From: the human T2T-CHM13v2.0 reference genome, Homo sapiens
Assembly: GCF_009914755.1 (NCBI RefSeq)
Contig: NC_060948.1
DNA length: 64,000 nt
Direction: 5' to 3' (one strand)
Shown: piece by piece, positions 40,901 through 54,960 of the stretch
Layout of the letters: every line of letters begins with the position of its first letter
How positions within the stretch are numbered: the stretch's first letter is position 1
Notes under the pieces: model-generated
What the model saw: the letters and a program-made list of their open reading frames with translations, nothing else
Database searches by the model: none
What the model was told of the DNA's origin: nothing
Position numbers and translations under genes: made by a program

Positions 40901-43900
40901 CGGAATGGACTCGAAGGGAAAAGACTGCAATGGAAAGGTCTCGAATGGAATGGAAATAAATGGAATGGAATGGAATCGAATGAAATGGAGTCAAAAGGAA
41001 TGGAATCGAATGGCAAGAAATCGAATGTAATGGAATCGCAAGGAATTGATGTGAACGGAACGGAATGGAATGGAATCCAAAGGAATGGAATAGAATGGAA
41101 TGGAATCGAATGGAAAGGACTCGAATGGAAATCACTCGAATAGAATGCAATTTAATAAAATAGGACCAAATGTAATGGAATGGAATGGAAAGGAATCGAA
41201 ACGAAAGGAATGGAGACAGATGGAATGGAATGGAACAGAGAGCAATGGTATAGAGTGGAATGGAATCATCTGGAATGGAATTGAATGGAATGGAATAATA
41301 TGAAATGGAATGGAATGGAATGGAATGGAATGCCCTTGAATTAAATGGACTGGAATGGAATGGACTCGAACAGAGTGGAATGGAAAGTGTTGAGATAGAA
41401 TGGAATGGACTCGTTTGGAATGGTCTAGTAGGCAATGCAATCGACTGGCAGGGAATCAAAAGGAATGTAATCGAATGGATTGGACTGGAATGCAATGGAC
41501 TCGAATAGATTGCAAACGGAATGCAAAGGAATGGAATGGAATAGTATGGAATGGAATGGAAAGGAATGGAGTGGAATAGACTAGAGTGGAATGGAATGGA
41601 CTGGAAAGAAATGGACTGGAATGGAACTTTCTTGAATGGACAGGAATCAAACGGAATGGAATGCAATGCAATCAAATGGCATGGAATAAAATAGAATGAA
41701 AGAGAATCAAATGGAATTGAATCGAATGGAATCGAATGGATTGGAAAGGAATAGAATGGAATGGAATGGAATTGACTCAAATGGAATGGACTAGAATGGA
41801 ATGGATTCGAATGGAAGGCAAACGAATGGAATCTATTGGAATGGACTGTAATGGAATGGAATGGAAGGGATTGGAATGGACTCGAATGGAATGGACTGCA
41901 ATAGAAAGGATTCGAATGGAATGAAAAAGAATTGAATGGAATAGAACAGAATGGAATCAAATCGAATGAAATGGAATGGAATAGAAAGGAATGGAATGAA
42001 ATGGAATGGAAAGGATTCGAATGGAATGCAATCGAATGGAATGGAATCGAACGGAATGGAATAAAATGGAAGAAAACTGGCAAGAAATGGAATCGAAATG
42101 AATGGAGTGTTATGGAACGGACTCAAAAGGAATTGAATGTAATAGAATGGAGTGGAGTGGACTCGAATATAATGGACTGGAATGGAATGAAATCACATGG
42201 AATGGGAACGAATGGAATGGAATGGAAAGGAATGGAATCGAATGGAAAGGAATCGAATAGAAGGGAATGAAATTGAATCAACAGGAATGGAAGGGAATAG
42301 AATAGACGGTAATGGAATGGACTCGAATTGAATGGACACGAATGCTGAAATTGAATGGACTCGAATGGAATGGAAACGAAAGGAATGTCATCGAATGGAA
42401 TTGAATCGATTGGAATGAAATCGCATAGAATGGAGTGGAATCAAATGGAATTGAATCGAAAGGAAAGGAAGCGAATGGACTGAAACGAAATGGAATGGAA
42501 TTGAATGGAAAGTAATGCAATGGAATAGAATGGAACGAAATTTCACGGAATGGAATCAAACTGAATGGAATCAAATCAATGGAATCTAATCAAATGGAAT
42601 GGAAAGGAACTGAATGGAGTAGATTGGATTGGATGGGATTGGAATGAAATGTACTGGAAAGGACTCGAATTTCATGAAACGGAATGGAATGAATTGGAAC
42701 GGAATGGACTCGAATGGAATGGAATGTCATGGAATGGCATCAAATGGAATGGCATCAAATGGAATGGAATCGAATGCAATGGAATGCTATGGAATGGAAT
42801 GGAATGCATTGGAATGGAATGTCCTCTAATGGAATGGATTCGAGTGGAATGGCATCGAATATAACGGAGTCGAATGAAATGGAATTGAAAAGAATGGGAT
42901 CGAATACAATGGAATATACTGGAATGTAATGTAATGAACTCGAATGTAATTGACTGGAATGGAATGTACATGAATGGAATGTAATCGAATGGAAAGTAAT
43001 CCAATGGAATAGAATCTAATGCAATAAAATCGACTCAGATAGAGTAGAATGTAATGGAATGGAGTGCAGTGCAATGGAATGGAATGGAATGGAATGCAAT
43101 GGAATGGAATGGAATGGAATGGAATGGAATTTAATGGAATGGGATGGAATGGTATGGAATGGATAGTAATGGACTGGAGTGAAATGGACTGGAAAGGAAT
43201 GGACTCAAATTGAAAGGGCTCGAAAGGAATGGAGTCAAATGGAATGGTCTGGAATGGAATGAACACGAATGTAATGCAATCCAATAGAATGGAATCGAAT
43301 GGCATGGAATATAAAGAAATGGAATCGAAGAGAATGGAAACAAATGGAATGGAATTGAATGGAATGGAATTGAATGGAATGGGAACGAATGGAGTGAAAT
43401 TGTATGCAGTAGAAGGGAATAGAATGGAATGCAAGCGAAAGGAAAGGAATGGATTGGAATGGAATGGAATTCATTGGAATGGAAGGGAATGTAGTGTAAT
43501 GGACAGGCCTGGAATAAAGTGGAATGCTACGGTCTCGAATGGAATAAAAATGTATGGAATGGAATGCAATGAAACGGAATCGAATGTCATAGAATGTAAT
43601 GGAATGCAAAAAAATGGAATCCAAAATCATTGACAGGAAAGGCTGGGTGTCGAAAGGAATTGACTCCAATGGAATGGAATCGAATGGAATGGAAGTGAAT
43701 AGAATCGAACTAAATCGAATGGAATGGAATTGATAGGAACGGAATGGAAAGGAATGCAATGATTTGGCATGGAATGGAATCGAATGGCATCGAATGGAAT
43801 GGAATGGAATGCAATGGAATGGAATGTATTAGAATGTAATGAACTTTAATGGAATGTACTCGAATGGATTCGACTGGAATGGAATGTTCTGGAAGTGAAT

Positions 43901-44895
43901 GGACTCCAATGGAATGGATTCAAAAGGAATGGAATCGTACGGAATGGAATCTAATGGAATGGAATTAAATGGAAATGAATCAAATTGAATAGCACGGAAT
44001 TGAATTGAATGGAATGGAATGCAATGGAATCTAATGAAACGGAAAGGAAAGGAATGGAATGGAATGGAATGGGCTGGAATGGAAAGGAATCGAAACGAAT
44101 GGAATGGAATCGAACTGAAGAGACTGGAATGGAATGCACTGGAATGGAAGGGAGTGTAATGGAAGGTTCTCGAAAAAAATGGAATCGAATGGAATGGAAT
44201 TGAATGGAACGGAATAGAGTCGAATGGAATTGAATGGAATGGAATGGACTAGAGTGAAATGGAATCGAACCACAAGGAATGGACAGGAATAGAATGGTCT
44301 CGAATTGAATGGAATCGTATGGAATGGCATCAAACGGAATGGAATGGACAGCCACGGAATGGAATGCACTCGAATGCAATGGAGTCGAAACTAATGGACT
44401 GGAATAGAATGGACTCGACTGGTACGGACTCCAATGGAATGGAATCGAATGGAAGGGAATCGAACGGAATGGACTCGAAGGGAAAAGACTGCAATGGAAA
44501 GGTCTCGAATGGAATGGAAATTAATGGAATGGAATGGAATCGAATGAAATGGAGTCAAAAGGAATGGAATCGAATGGCAAGAAATCGAATGTAATGGAAT
44601 CGCAAGGAATTGATGTGAACGGAACGGAATGGAATGGAATCCAAAGGAATGGAATAGAATGGAATGGAATCGAATGGAAAGGACTCGAATGGAAATCACT
44701 CGAATAGAATGCAATTTAATAAAATAGGATCAAATGTAATGGAATGGAATGGAAAGGAATCGAAACGAAAGGAATGGAGACAGATGGAATGGAATGGAAC
44801 AGAGAGCAATGGTATAGAATGGAATGGAATCATCTGGAATGGAATTGAATGGAATGGAATAATATGAAATGGAATGGAATGGAATGGAATGGAAT
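19946..44895. repeat. DYZ1 units U7-U13 (3558, 3574, 3558, 3564, 3574, 3558, 3564 bp) with 2-unit and 3-unit super-periods
   Basis: Anchors at 19946, 23504, 27078, 30636, 34200, 37774, 41332. Shared private variants recur at 7132-bp and 10,696-bp offsets. Confidence 0.92.
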
Positions 44896-47800
44896 GCCCT
44901 TGAATTAAATGGACTGGAATGGAATGGACTCGAACAGAGTGGAATGGAAAGTGTTGAGATAGAATGGAATGGACTCCTTTGGAATGGTGTAGTATGCAAT
45001 GCAATCGACTGGCAGGGAATCAAAAGGAATGTAATGGAATGGACTGGACTGGAATGCAATGGACTCGAATAGATTGGAAACGGAATGCAAAGGAATGGAA
45101 TGGAATAGTATGGAATGGAATGGAAAGGAATGGAGTGGAATAGACTAGAGTGGAATGGAATGGACTGGAAAGCAATGGACTGGAATGGAACTTTCTTGAA
45201 TGGACTGGAATCAAACGGAATGGAATGCAATGCAATCAAATGGCATGGAATAAAATAGAATGAAGAAAATGAAATGGAATTGAATCGAATGGAATCGAAT
45301 GGATTGGAAAGGAATAGAATGGAATGGAATGGAATGGACTCAAATGGAATGGACTAGAATGGAATGGATTCGAATGGAAGGCAAAGGAATGGAATCTATT
45401 GGAATGGACTGTAATGGAATGGAATGGAAGGGATTGGAATGGACTCGAATGGAATGGACTGCAATAGAAAGGATTCGAATGGAATGAAAAAGAATTGAAT
45501 GGAATAGAACAGAATGGAATCAAATCGAATGAAATGGAATGGAATAGAAAGGAATGGAATGAAATGGAATGGAAAGGATTCGAATGGAATGCAATCGAAT
45601 GGAATGGAATCGAACGGAATGGAATAAAATGGAAGAAAACTGGCAAGAAATGGAATCGAAATGAATGGAGTGTTATGGAACGGACTCAAAAGGAATTGAA
45701 TGTAATAGAATGGAGTGGAGTGGACTCGAATATAATGGACTGGAATGGAATGAAATCACATGGAATGGGAACGAATGGAATGGAATGGAAAGGAATGGAA
45801 TCGAATGGAAAGGAATCGAATAGAAGGGAATGAAATTGAATCAACAGGAATGGAAGGGAATAGAATAGACGGTAATGGAATGGACTCGAATTGAATGGAC
45901 ACGAATGCTGAAATTGAATGGACTCGAATGGAATGGAAACGAAAGGAATGTCATCGAATGGAATTGAATCGATTGGAATGAAATCGCATAGAATGGAGTG
46001 GAATCAAATGGAATTGAATCGAAAGGAAAGGAAGCGAATGGACTGAAACGAAATGGAATGGAATTGAATGGAAAGTAATGCAATGGAATAGAATGGAACG
46101 AAATTTCACGGAATGGAATCAAACTGAATGGAATCAAATCAATGGAATCTAATCAAATGGAATGGAAAGGAACTGAATGGAGTAGATTGGATTGGATGGG
46201 ATTGGAATGAAATGTACTGGAAAGGACTCGAATTTCATGAAACGGAATGGAATGAATTGGAACGGAATGGACTCGAATGGAATGGAATGTCATGGAATGG
46301 CATCAAATGGAATGGCATCAAATGGAATGGAATCGAATGCAATGGAATGCTATGGAATGGAATGGAATGCATTGGAATGGAATGTCCTCTAATGGAATGG
46401 ATTCGAGTGGAATGGCATCGAATATAACGGAGTCGAATGAAATGGAATTGAAAAGAATGGGATCGAATACAATGGAATATACTGGAATGTAATGTAATGA
46501 ACTCGAATGTAATTGACTGGAATGGAATGTACATGAATGGAATGTAATCGAATGGAAAGTAATCCAATGGAATAGAATCTAATGCAATAAAATCGACTCA
46601 GATAGAGTAGAATGTAATGGAATGGAGTGCAGTGCAATGGAATGGAATGGAATGGAATGCAATGGAATGGAATGGAATGGAATGGAATGGAATTTAATGG
46701 AATGGGATGGAATGGTATGGAATGGATAGTAATGGACTGGAGTGAAATGGACTGGAAAGGAATGGACTCAAATTGAAAGGGCTCGAAAGGAATGGAGTCA
46801 AATGGAATGGTCTGGAATGGAATGAACACGAATGTAATGCAATCCAATAGAATGGAATCGAATGGCATGGAATATAAAGAAATGGAATCGAAGAGAATGG
46901 AAACAAATGGAATGGAATTGAATGGAATGGAATTGAATGGAATGGGAACGAATGGAGTGAAATTGTATGCAGTAGAAGGGAATAGAATGGAATGCAAGCG
47001 AAAGGAAAGGAATGGATTGGAATGGAATGGAATTCATTGGAATGGAAGGGAATGTAGTGTAATGGACAGGCCTGGAATAAAGTGGAATGCTACGGTCTCG
47101 AATGGAATAAAAATGTATGGAATGGAATGCAATGAAACGGAATCGAATGTCATAGAATGTAATGGAATGCAAAAAAATGGAATCCAAAATCATTGACAGG
47201 AAAGGCTGGGTGTCGAAAGGAATTGACTCCAATGGAATGGAATCGAATGGAATGGAAGTGAATAGAATCGAACTAAATCGAATGGAATGGAATTGATAGG
47301 AACGGAATGGAAAGGAATGCAATGATTTGGCATGGAATGGAATCGAATGGCATCGAATGGAATGGAATGGAATGCAATGGAATGGAATGTATTAGAATGT
47401 AATGAACTTTAATGGAATGTACTCGAATGGATTCGACTGGAATGGAATGTTCTGGAAGTGAATGGACTCCAATGGAATGGATTCAAAAGGAATGGAATCG
47501 TACGGAATGGAATCTAATGGAATGGAATTAAATGGAAATGAATCAAATTGAATAGCACGGAATTGAATTGAATGGAATGGAATGCAATGGAATCTAATGA
47601 AACGGAAAGGAAAGGAATGGAATGGAATGGAATGGGCTGGAATGGAAAGGAATCGAAACGAATGGAATGGAATCGAACTGAAGAGACTGGAATGGAATGC
47701 ACTGGAATGGAAGGGAGTGTAATGGAAGGTTCTCGAAAAAAATGGAATCGAATGGAATGGAATTGAATGGAACGGAATAGAGTCGAATGGAATTGAATGG

Positions 47801-50800
47801 AATGGAATGGACTAGAGTGAAATGGAATCGAACCACAAGGAATGGACAGGAATAGAATGGTCTCGAATTGAATGGAATCGTATGGAATGGCATCAAACGG
47901 AATGGAATGGACAGCCACGGAATGGAATGCACTCGAATGCAATGGAGTCGAAACTAATGGACTGGAATAGAATGGACTCGACTGGTACGGACTCCAATGG
48001 AATGGAATCGAATGGAAGGGAATCGAACGGAATGGACTCGAAGGGAAAAGACTGCAATGGAAAGGTCTCGAATGGAATGGAAATTAATGGAATGGAATGG
48101 AATCGAATGAAATGGAGTCAAAAGGAATGGAATCGAATGGCAAGAAATCGAATGTAATGGAATCGCAAGGAATTGATGTGAACGGAACGGAATGGAATGG
48201 AATCCAAAGGAATGGAATAGAATGGAATGGAATCGAATGGAAAGGACTCGAATGGAAATCACTCGAATAGAATGCAATTTAATAAAATAGGATCAAATGT
48301 AATGGAATGGAATGGAAAGGAATCGAAACGAAAGGAATGGAGACAGATGGAATGGAATGGAACAGAGAGCAATGGTATAGAATGGAATGGAATCATCTGG
48401 AATGGAATTGAATGGAATGGAATAATATGAAATGGAATGGAATGGAATGGAATGGAATGCCCTTGAATTAAATGGACTGGAATGGAATGGACTCGAACAG
48501 AGTGGAATGGAAAGTGTTGAGATAGAATGGAATGGACTCCTTTGGAATGGTGTAGTATGCAATGCAATCGACTGGCAGGGAATCAAAAGGAATGTAATGG
48601 AATGGACTGGACTGGAATGCAATGGACTCGAATAGATTGGAAACGGAATGCAAAGGAATGGAATGGAATAGTATGGAATGGAATGGAAAGGAATGGAGTG
48701 GAATAGACTAGAGTGGAATGGAATGGACTGGAAAGCAATGGACTGGAATGGAACTTTCTTGAATGGACTGGAATCAAACGGAATGGAATGCAATGCAATC
48801 AAATGGCATGGAATAAAATAGAATGAAGAAAATGAAATGGAATTGAATCGAATGGAATCGAATGGATTGGAAAGGAATAGAATGGAATGGAATGGAATTG
48901 ACTCAAATGGAATGGACTAGAATGGAATGGATTCGAATGGAAGGCAAAGGAATGGAATCTATTGGAATGGACTGTAATGGAATGGAATGGAAGGGATTGG
49001 AATGGACTCGAATGGAATGGACTGCAATAGAAAGGATTCGAATGGAATGAAAAAGAATTGAATGGAATAGAACAGAATGGAATCAAATCGAATGAAATGG
49101 AATGGAATAGAAAGGAATGGAATGAAATGGAATGGAAAGGATTCGAATGGAATGCAATCGAATGGAATGGAATCGAACGGAATGGAATAAAATGGAAGAA
49201 AACTGGCAAGAAATGGAATCGAAATGAATGGAGTGTTATGGAACGGACTCAAAAGGAACTGAATGTAATAGAATGGAGTGGAGTGGACTCGAATATAATG
49301 GACTGGAATGGAATGAAATCACATGGAATGGGAACGAATGGAATGGAATGGAAAGGAATGGAATCGAATGGAAAGGAATCGAATGGAAGGGAATGAAATT
49401 GAATCAACAGGAATGGAAGGGAATAGAATAGACGGTAATGGAATGGACTCGAATAGAATGGACACGAATGCTCAAATTGAATGGACTCGAATGGAATGGA
49501 AACGAAAGGAATGTCATCGAATGGAATTGAATCGATTGGAATGAAATCGCACAGAATGGAGTGGAATCAAATGGAATTGAATCGAAAGGAAAGGAAGCAA
49601 AAGGACTGAAATGAAATGGAATGGAATTGAATGGAAAGTTATGTAATGGAATACAATGGAACGAAATTTCACGGAATGGAATCAAACTGAATGGAATCAA
49701 ATCAATGGAATCAAATCAAATGGAATGGAAAGGAATTGAATGGAGTAGATTGGATGGGATGGGATTGGAATGAAATGTACTGGAAAGGACTCGAATTTCA
49801 TGAAACGGAATGGAATGAATTGGAACGGAATGGACTCGAATGGAATGGAATGTCAGGGAATGGCATCAAATGGAATGGCATCAAATTGAATGGAATCGAA
49901 TGCAATGGAATGCTATGGAATGGAATGGAATGCATTGGAATGGAATGTCCTCTAATGGAATGGATTCGAGTGGAATGGAATCGAATATAATGGAGTCGAA
50001 TGAAATGGAATTGAAAGGAATAGGATCGAATACAATGGAATATACTGGAATGTAATGTAATGAACTCGAATGTAATTGACTGGAATGGAATGTACATGAA
50101 TGGAATGTAATCGAATGGAAAGTAATCCAATGGAATAGAATCTAATGCAATAAAATCGACTCAGATAGAGTAGAATGTAATGGAATGGAGTGCAGTGCAA
50201 TGGAATGGAATGGAATGGAATGCAATGGAATGGAATGGAATGGAATGGAATGGAATGGAATGGTGTGGAATGGATAGTAATGGACTGGAGTGAAATGGAC
50301 TGGAAAGGAATGGACTCAAATTGAAAGGGCTCGAAAGGAATGGAGTCAAATGGAATGGTCTGGAATGGAATGAACACGAATGTAATGCAATCCAATAGAA
50401 TGGAATCGAATGGCATGGAATATAAAGAAATGGATTCGAAGAGAATGGAAACAAATGGAATGGAATTGAATGGAATGGAATTGAATGGAATGGGAACGAA
50501 TGGAGTGAAATTGTATGCAGTAGAAGGGAATAGAATGGAATGCAAGCGAAAGGAAAGGAATGGATTGGAATGGAATGGAATTCATTGGAATGGAAGGGAA
50601 TGTAGTGTAATGGACAGGCCTGGAATAAAGTGGAATGCTACGGTCTCGAATGGAATAAAAATGTATGGAATGGAATGCAATGAAACGGAATCGAATGTCA
50701 TAGAATGTAATGGAATGCAAAAAAATGGAATCCAAAATCATTGACTGGAAAGGCTGGGTGTCGAAAGGAATTGACTCCAATGGAATGGAATCGAATGGAA

Positions 50801-53800
50801 TGGAAGTGAATAGAATCGAACTAAATCGAATGGAATGGAATTGATAGGAACGGAATGGAAAGGAATGCAATGATTTGGCATGGAATGGAATCGAATGGCA
50901 TCGAATGGAATGGAATGGAATGCAATGGAATGGAATGTATTAGAATGTAATGAACTTTAATGGAATGTACTCGAATGGATTCGACTGGAATGGAATGTTG
51001 TGGAAGTGAATGGACTCCAATGGAATGGATTCAAAAGGAATGGAATCGTACGGAATGGAATCTAATGGAATGGAATTAAATGGAAATGAATCAAATTGAA
51101 TAGCACGGAATTGAATTGAATGGAATGGAATGCAATGGAATCTAATGAAACGGAAAGGAAAGGAATGGAATGGAATGGAATGGGCTGGAATGGAAAGGAA
51201 TCGAAACGAATGGAATGGAATCGAACTGAAGAGACTGGAATGGAATGCACTGGAATGGAAGGGAGTGTAATGGAAGGTTCTCGAAAAAAATGGAATCGAA
51301 TGGAATGGAATTGAATGGAACGGAATAGAGTCGAATGGAATTGAATGGAATGGAATGGACTAGAGTGAAATGGAATCGAACCACAAGGAATGGACAGGAA
51401 TAGAATGGTCTCGAATTGAATGGAATCGTATGGAATGGCATCAAACGGAATGGAATGGACAGCCACGGAATGGAATGCACTCGAATGCAATGGAGTCGAA
51501 ACTAATGGACTGGAATAGAATGGACTCGACTGGTACGGACTCCAATGGAATGGAATCGAATGGAAGGGAATCGAACGGAATGGACTCGAAGGGAAAAGAC
51601 TGCAATGGAAAGGTCTCGAATGGAATGGAAATTAATGGAATGGAATGGAATCGAATGAAATGGAGTCAAAAGGAATGGAATCGAATGGCAAGAAATCGAA
51701 TGTAATGGAATCGCAAGGAATTGATGTGAACGGAACGGAATGGAATGGAATCCAAAGGAATGGAATAGAATGGAATGGAATCGAATGGAAAGGACTCGAA
51801 TGGAAATCACTCGAATAGAATGCAATTTAATAAAATAGGATCAAATGTAATGGAATGGAATGGAAAGGAATCAAAACGAAAGGAATGGAGACAGATGGAA
51901 TGGAATGGAACAGAGAGCAATGGTATAGAATGGAATGGAATCATCTGGAATGGAATTGAATGGAATGGAATAATATGAAATGGAATGGAATGGAATGGAA
52001 TGGAATGCCCTTGAATTAAATGGACTGGAATGGAATGGACTCGAACAGAGTGGAATGGAAAGTGTTGAGATAGAATGGAATGGACTCCTTTGGAATGGTG
52101 TAGTATGCAATGCAATCGACTGGCAGGGAATCAAAAGGAATGTAATGGAATGGATTGGACTGGAATGCAATGGACTCGAATAGATTGGAAACGGAATGCA
52201 AAGGAATGGAATGGAATAGTATGGAATGGAATGGAAAGGAATGGAGTGGAATAGACTAGAGTGGAATGGAATGGACTGGAAAGCAATGGACTGGAATGGA
52301 ACTTTCTTGAATGGACTGGAATCAAACGGAATGGAATGCAATGCATTCAAATTGCATGGAATAAAATAGAATGAAAGAGAATGAAATGGAATTGAATCGA
52401 ATGGAATCGAATGGATTGGAAAGGAATAGAATGGAATGGAATGGAATTGACTCAAATGGAATGGACTAGAATGGAATGGATTCGAATGGAAGGCAAAGGA
52501 ATGGAATCTATTGGAATGGACTGTAATGGAATGGAATGGAAGGGATTGGAATGGACTCGAATGGAATGGACTGCAATAGAAAGGATTCGAATGGAATGAA
52601 AAAGAATTGAATGGAATAGAACAGAATGGAATCAAATCGAATGAAATGGAATGGAATAGAAAGGAATGGAATGAAATGGAATGGAAAGGATTCGAATGGA
52701 ATGCAATCGAATGGAATGGAATCGAACGGAATGGAATAAAATGGAAGAAAACTGGCAAGAAATGGAATCGAAATGAATGGAGTGTTATGGAACGGACTCA
52801 AAAGGAATTGAATGTAATAGAATGGAGTGGAGTGGACTCGAATATAATGGACTGGAATGGAATGAAATCACATGGAATGGGAACGAATGGAATGGAATGG
52901 ATAGGAATGGAATCGAATGGAAAGGAATCGAATGGAAGGGAATGAAATTGAATCAACAGGAATGGAAGGGAATAGAATAGACGGTAATGGAATGGACTCG
53001 AATAGAATGGACACGAATGCTCAAATTGAATGGACTCGAATGGAATGGAAACGAAAGGAATGTCATCGAATGGAATTGAATCGATTGGAATGAAATCTCA
53101 TAGAATGGAGTGGAATCAAATGGAATTGAATCGAAAGGAAAGGAAGCGAATGGACTGAAACGAAATGGAATGGAATTGAATGGAAAGTAATGCAATGGAA
53201 TAGAATGGAACGAAATTTCACGGAATGGAATCAAACTGAATGGAATCAAATCAATGGAATCCAATCAAATGGAATGGAGTAGATTGGATTGGATGGGATT
53301 GGAATGAAATGTACTGGAAAGGACTCGAATTTCATGAAACGAAATGGAATGAATTGGAACGGAATGGACTCGAATGGAATGGAATGTCATAGAATGGCAT
53401 CAAATGGAATGGCATCAAATGGAATGGAATCGAATGCAATGGAATGCTATGGAATGGAATGGAATGCATTGGAATGGAATGTCCTCTAATGGAATGGATT
53501 CGAGTGGAATGGAATCGAATATAATGGAGTCGAATGAAATGGAATTGAAAGGAATGGGATCGAATACAATGGAATATACTGGAATGTAATGTAATGAACT
53601 CGAATGTAATTGACTGGAATGGAATGTACATGAATGGAATGTAATCGAATGGAAAGTAATCCAATGGAATAGAATCTAATGCAATAAAATCGACTCAGAT
53701 AGAGTAGAATGTAATGGAATGGAGTGCAGTGCAATGGAATGGAATGGAATGGAATGCAATGGAATGGAATGGAATGGAATGGAATGGAATGGAATGGGAT

Positions 53801-54945
53801 GGAATGGTATGGAATGGATAGTAATGGACTGGAGTGAAATGGACTGGAAAGGAATGGACTCAAATTGAAAGGGCTCGAAAGGAATGGAGTCAAATGGAAT
53901 GGTCTGGAATGGAATGAACACGAATGTAATGCAATCCAATAGAATGGAATCGAATGGCATGGAATATAAAGAAATGGAATCGAAGAGAATGGAAACAAAT
54001 GGAATGGAATTGAATGGAATGGAATTGAATGGAATGGGAACGAATGGAGTGAAATTGTATGCAGTAGAAGAGAATAGAATGGAATGCAAGTGAAAGGAAA
54101 GGAATGGATTGGAATGGAATGGAATTCATTGGAATGGAAGGGAATGTAGTGTAATGGACAGGCCTGGAATAAAGTGGAATGCTACGGTCTCGAATGGAAT
54201 AAAAATGTATGGAATGGAATGCAATGAAACGGAATCGAATGTCATAGAATGTAATGGAATGCAAAAAAATGGAATCCAAAATCATTGACTGGAAAGGCTG
54301 GGTGTCGAAAGGAATTGACTCCAATGGAATGGAATCGAATGGAATGGAAGTGAATAGAATCGAACTAAATCGAATGGAATGGAATTGATAGGAACGGAAT
54401 GGAAAGGAATGCAATGATTTGGCATGGAATGGAATCGAATGGCATCGAATGGAATGGAATGGAATGCAATGGAATGGAATGTATTAGAATGTAATGAACT
54501 TTAATGGAATGTACTCGAATGGATTCGACTGGAATGGAATGTTCTGGAAGTGAATGGACTCCAATGGAATGGATTCAAAAGGAATGGAATCGTACGGAAT
54601 GGAATCTAATGGAATGGAATTAAATGGAAATGAATCAAATTGAATAGCACGGAATTGAATTGAATGGAATGGAATGCAATGGAATCTAATGAAACGGAAA
54701 GGAAAGGAATGGAATGGAATGGAATGGGATGGAATGGAAAGGAATCGAAACCAATGGAATGGAATCGAACTGAAGAGACTGGAATGGAATGCACTGGAAT
54801 GGAAGGGAGTGTAATGGAAGGTTCTCGAAAAAAATGGAATCGAATGGAATGGAATTGAATGGAACGGAATAGAGTCGAATGGAATTGAATGGAATGGAAT
54901 GGACTAGAGTGAAATGGAATCGAACCACAAGGAATGGACAGGAAT

Positions 54946-54960
54946 AGAATGTTCTCGAAT
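54946..54960. promoter_or_regulatory. Private heat-shock element motif in U16 (aGAAtgTTCtcGAAt)
   Basis: Other units read GAAtgGTCtcGAA at this position (e.g. ~3005-3017); one G>T change completes the consensus. Confidence 0.5.
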
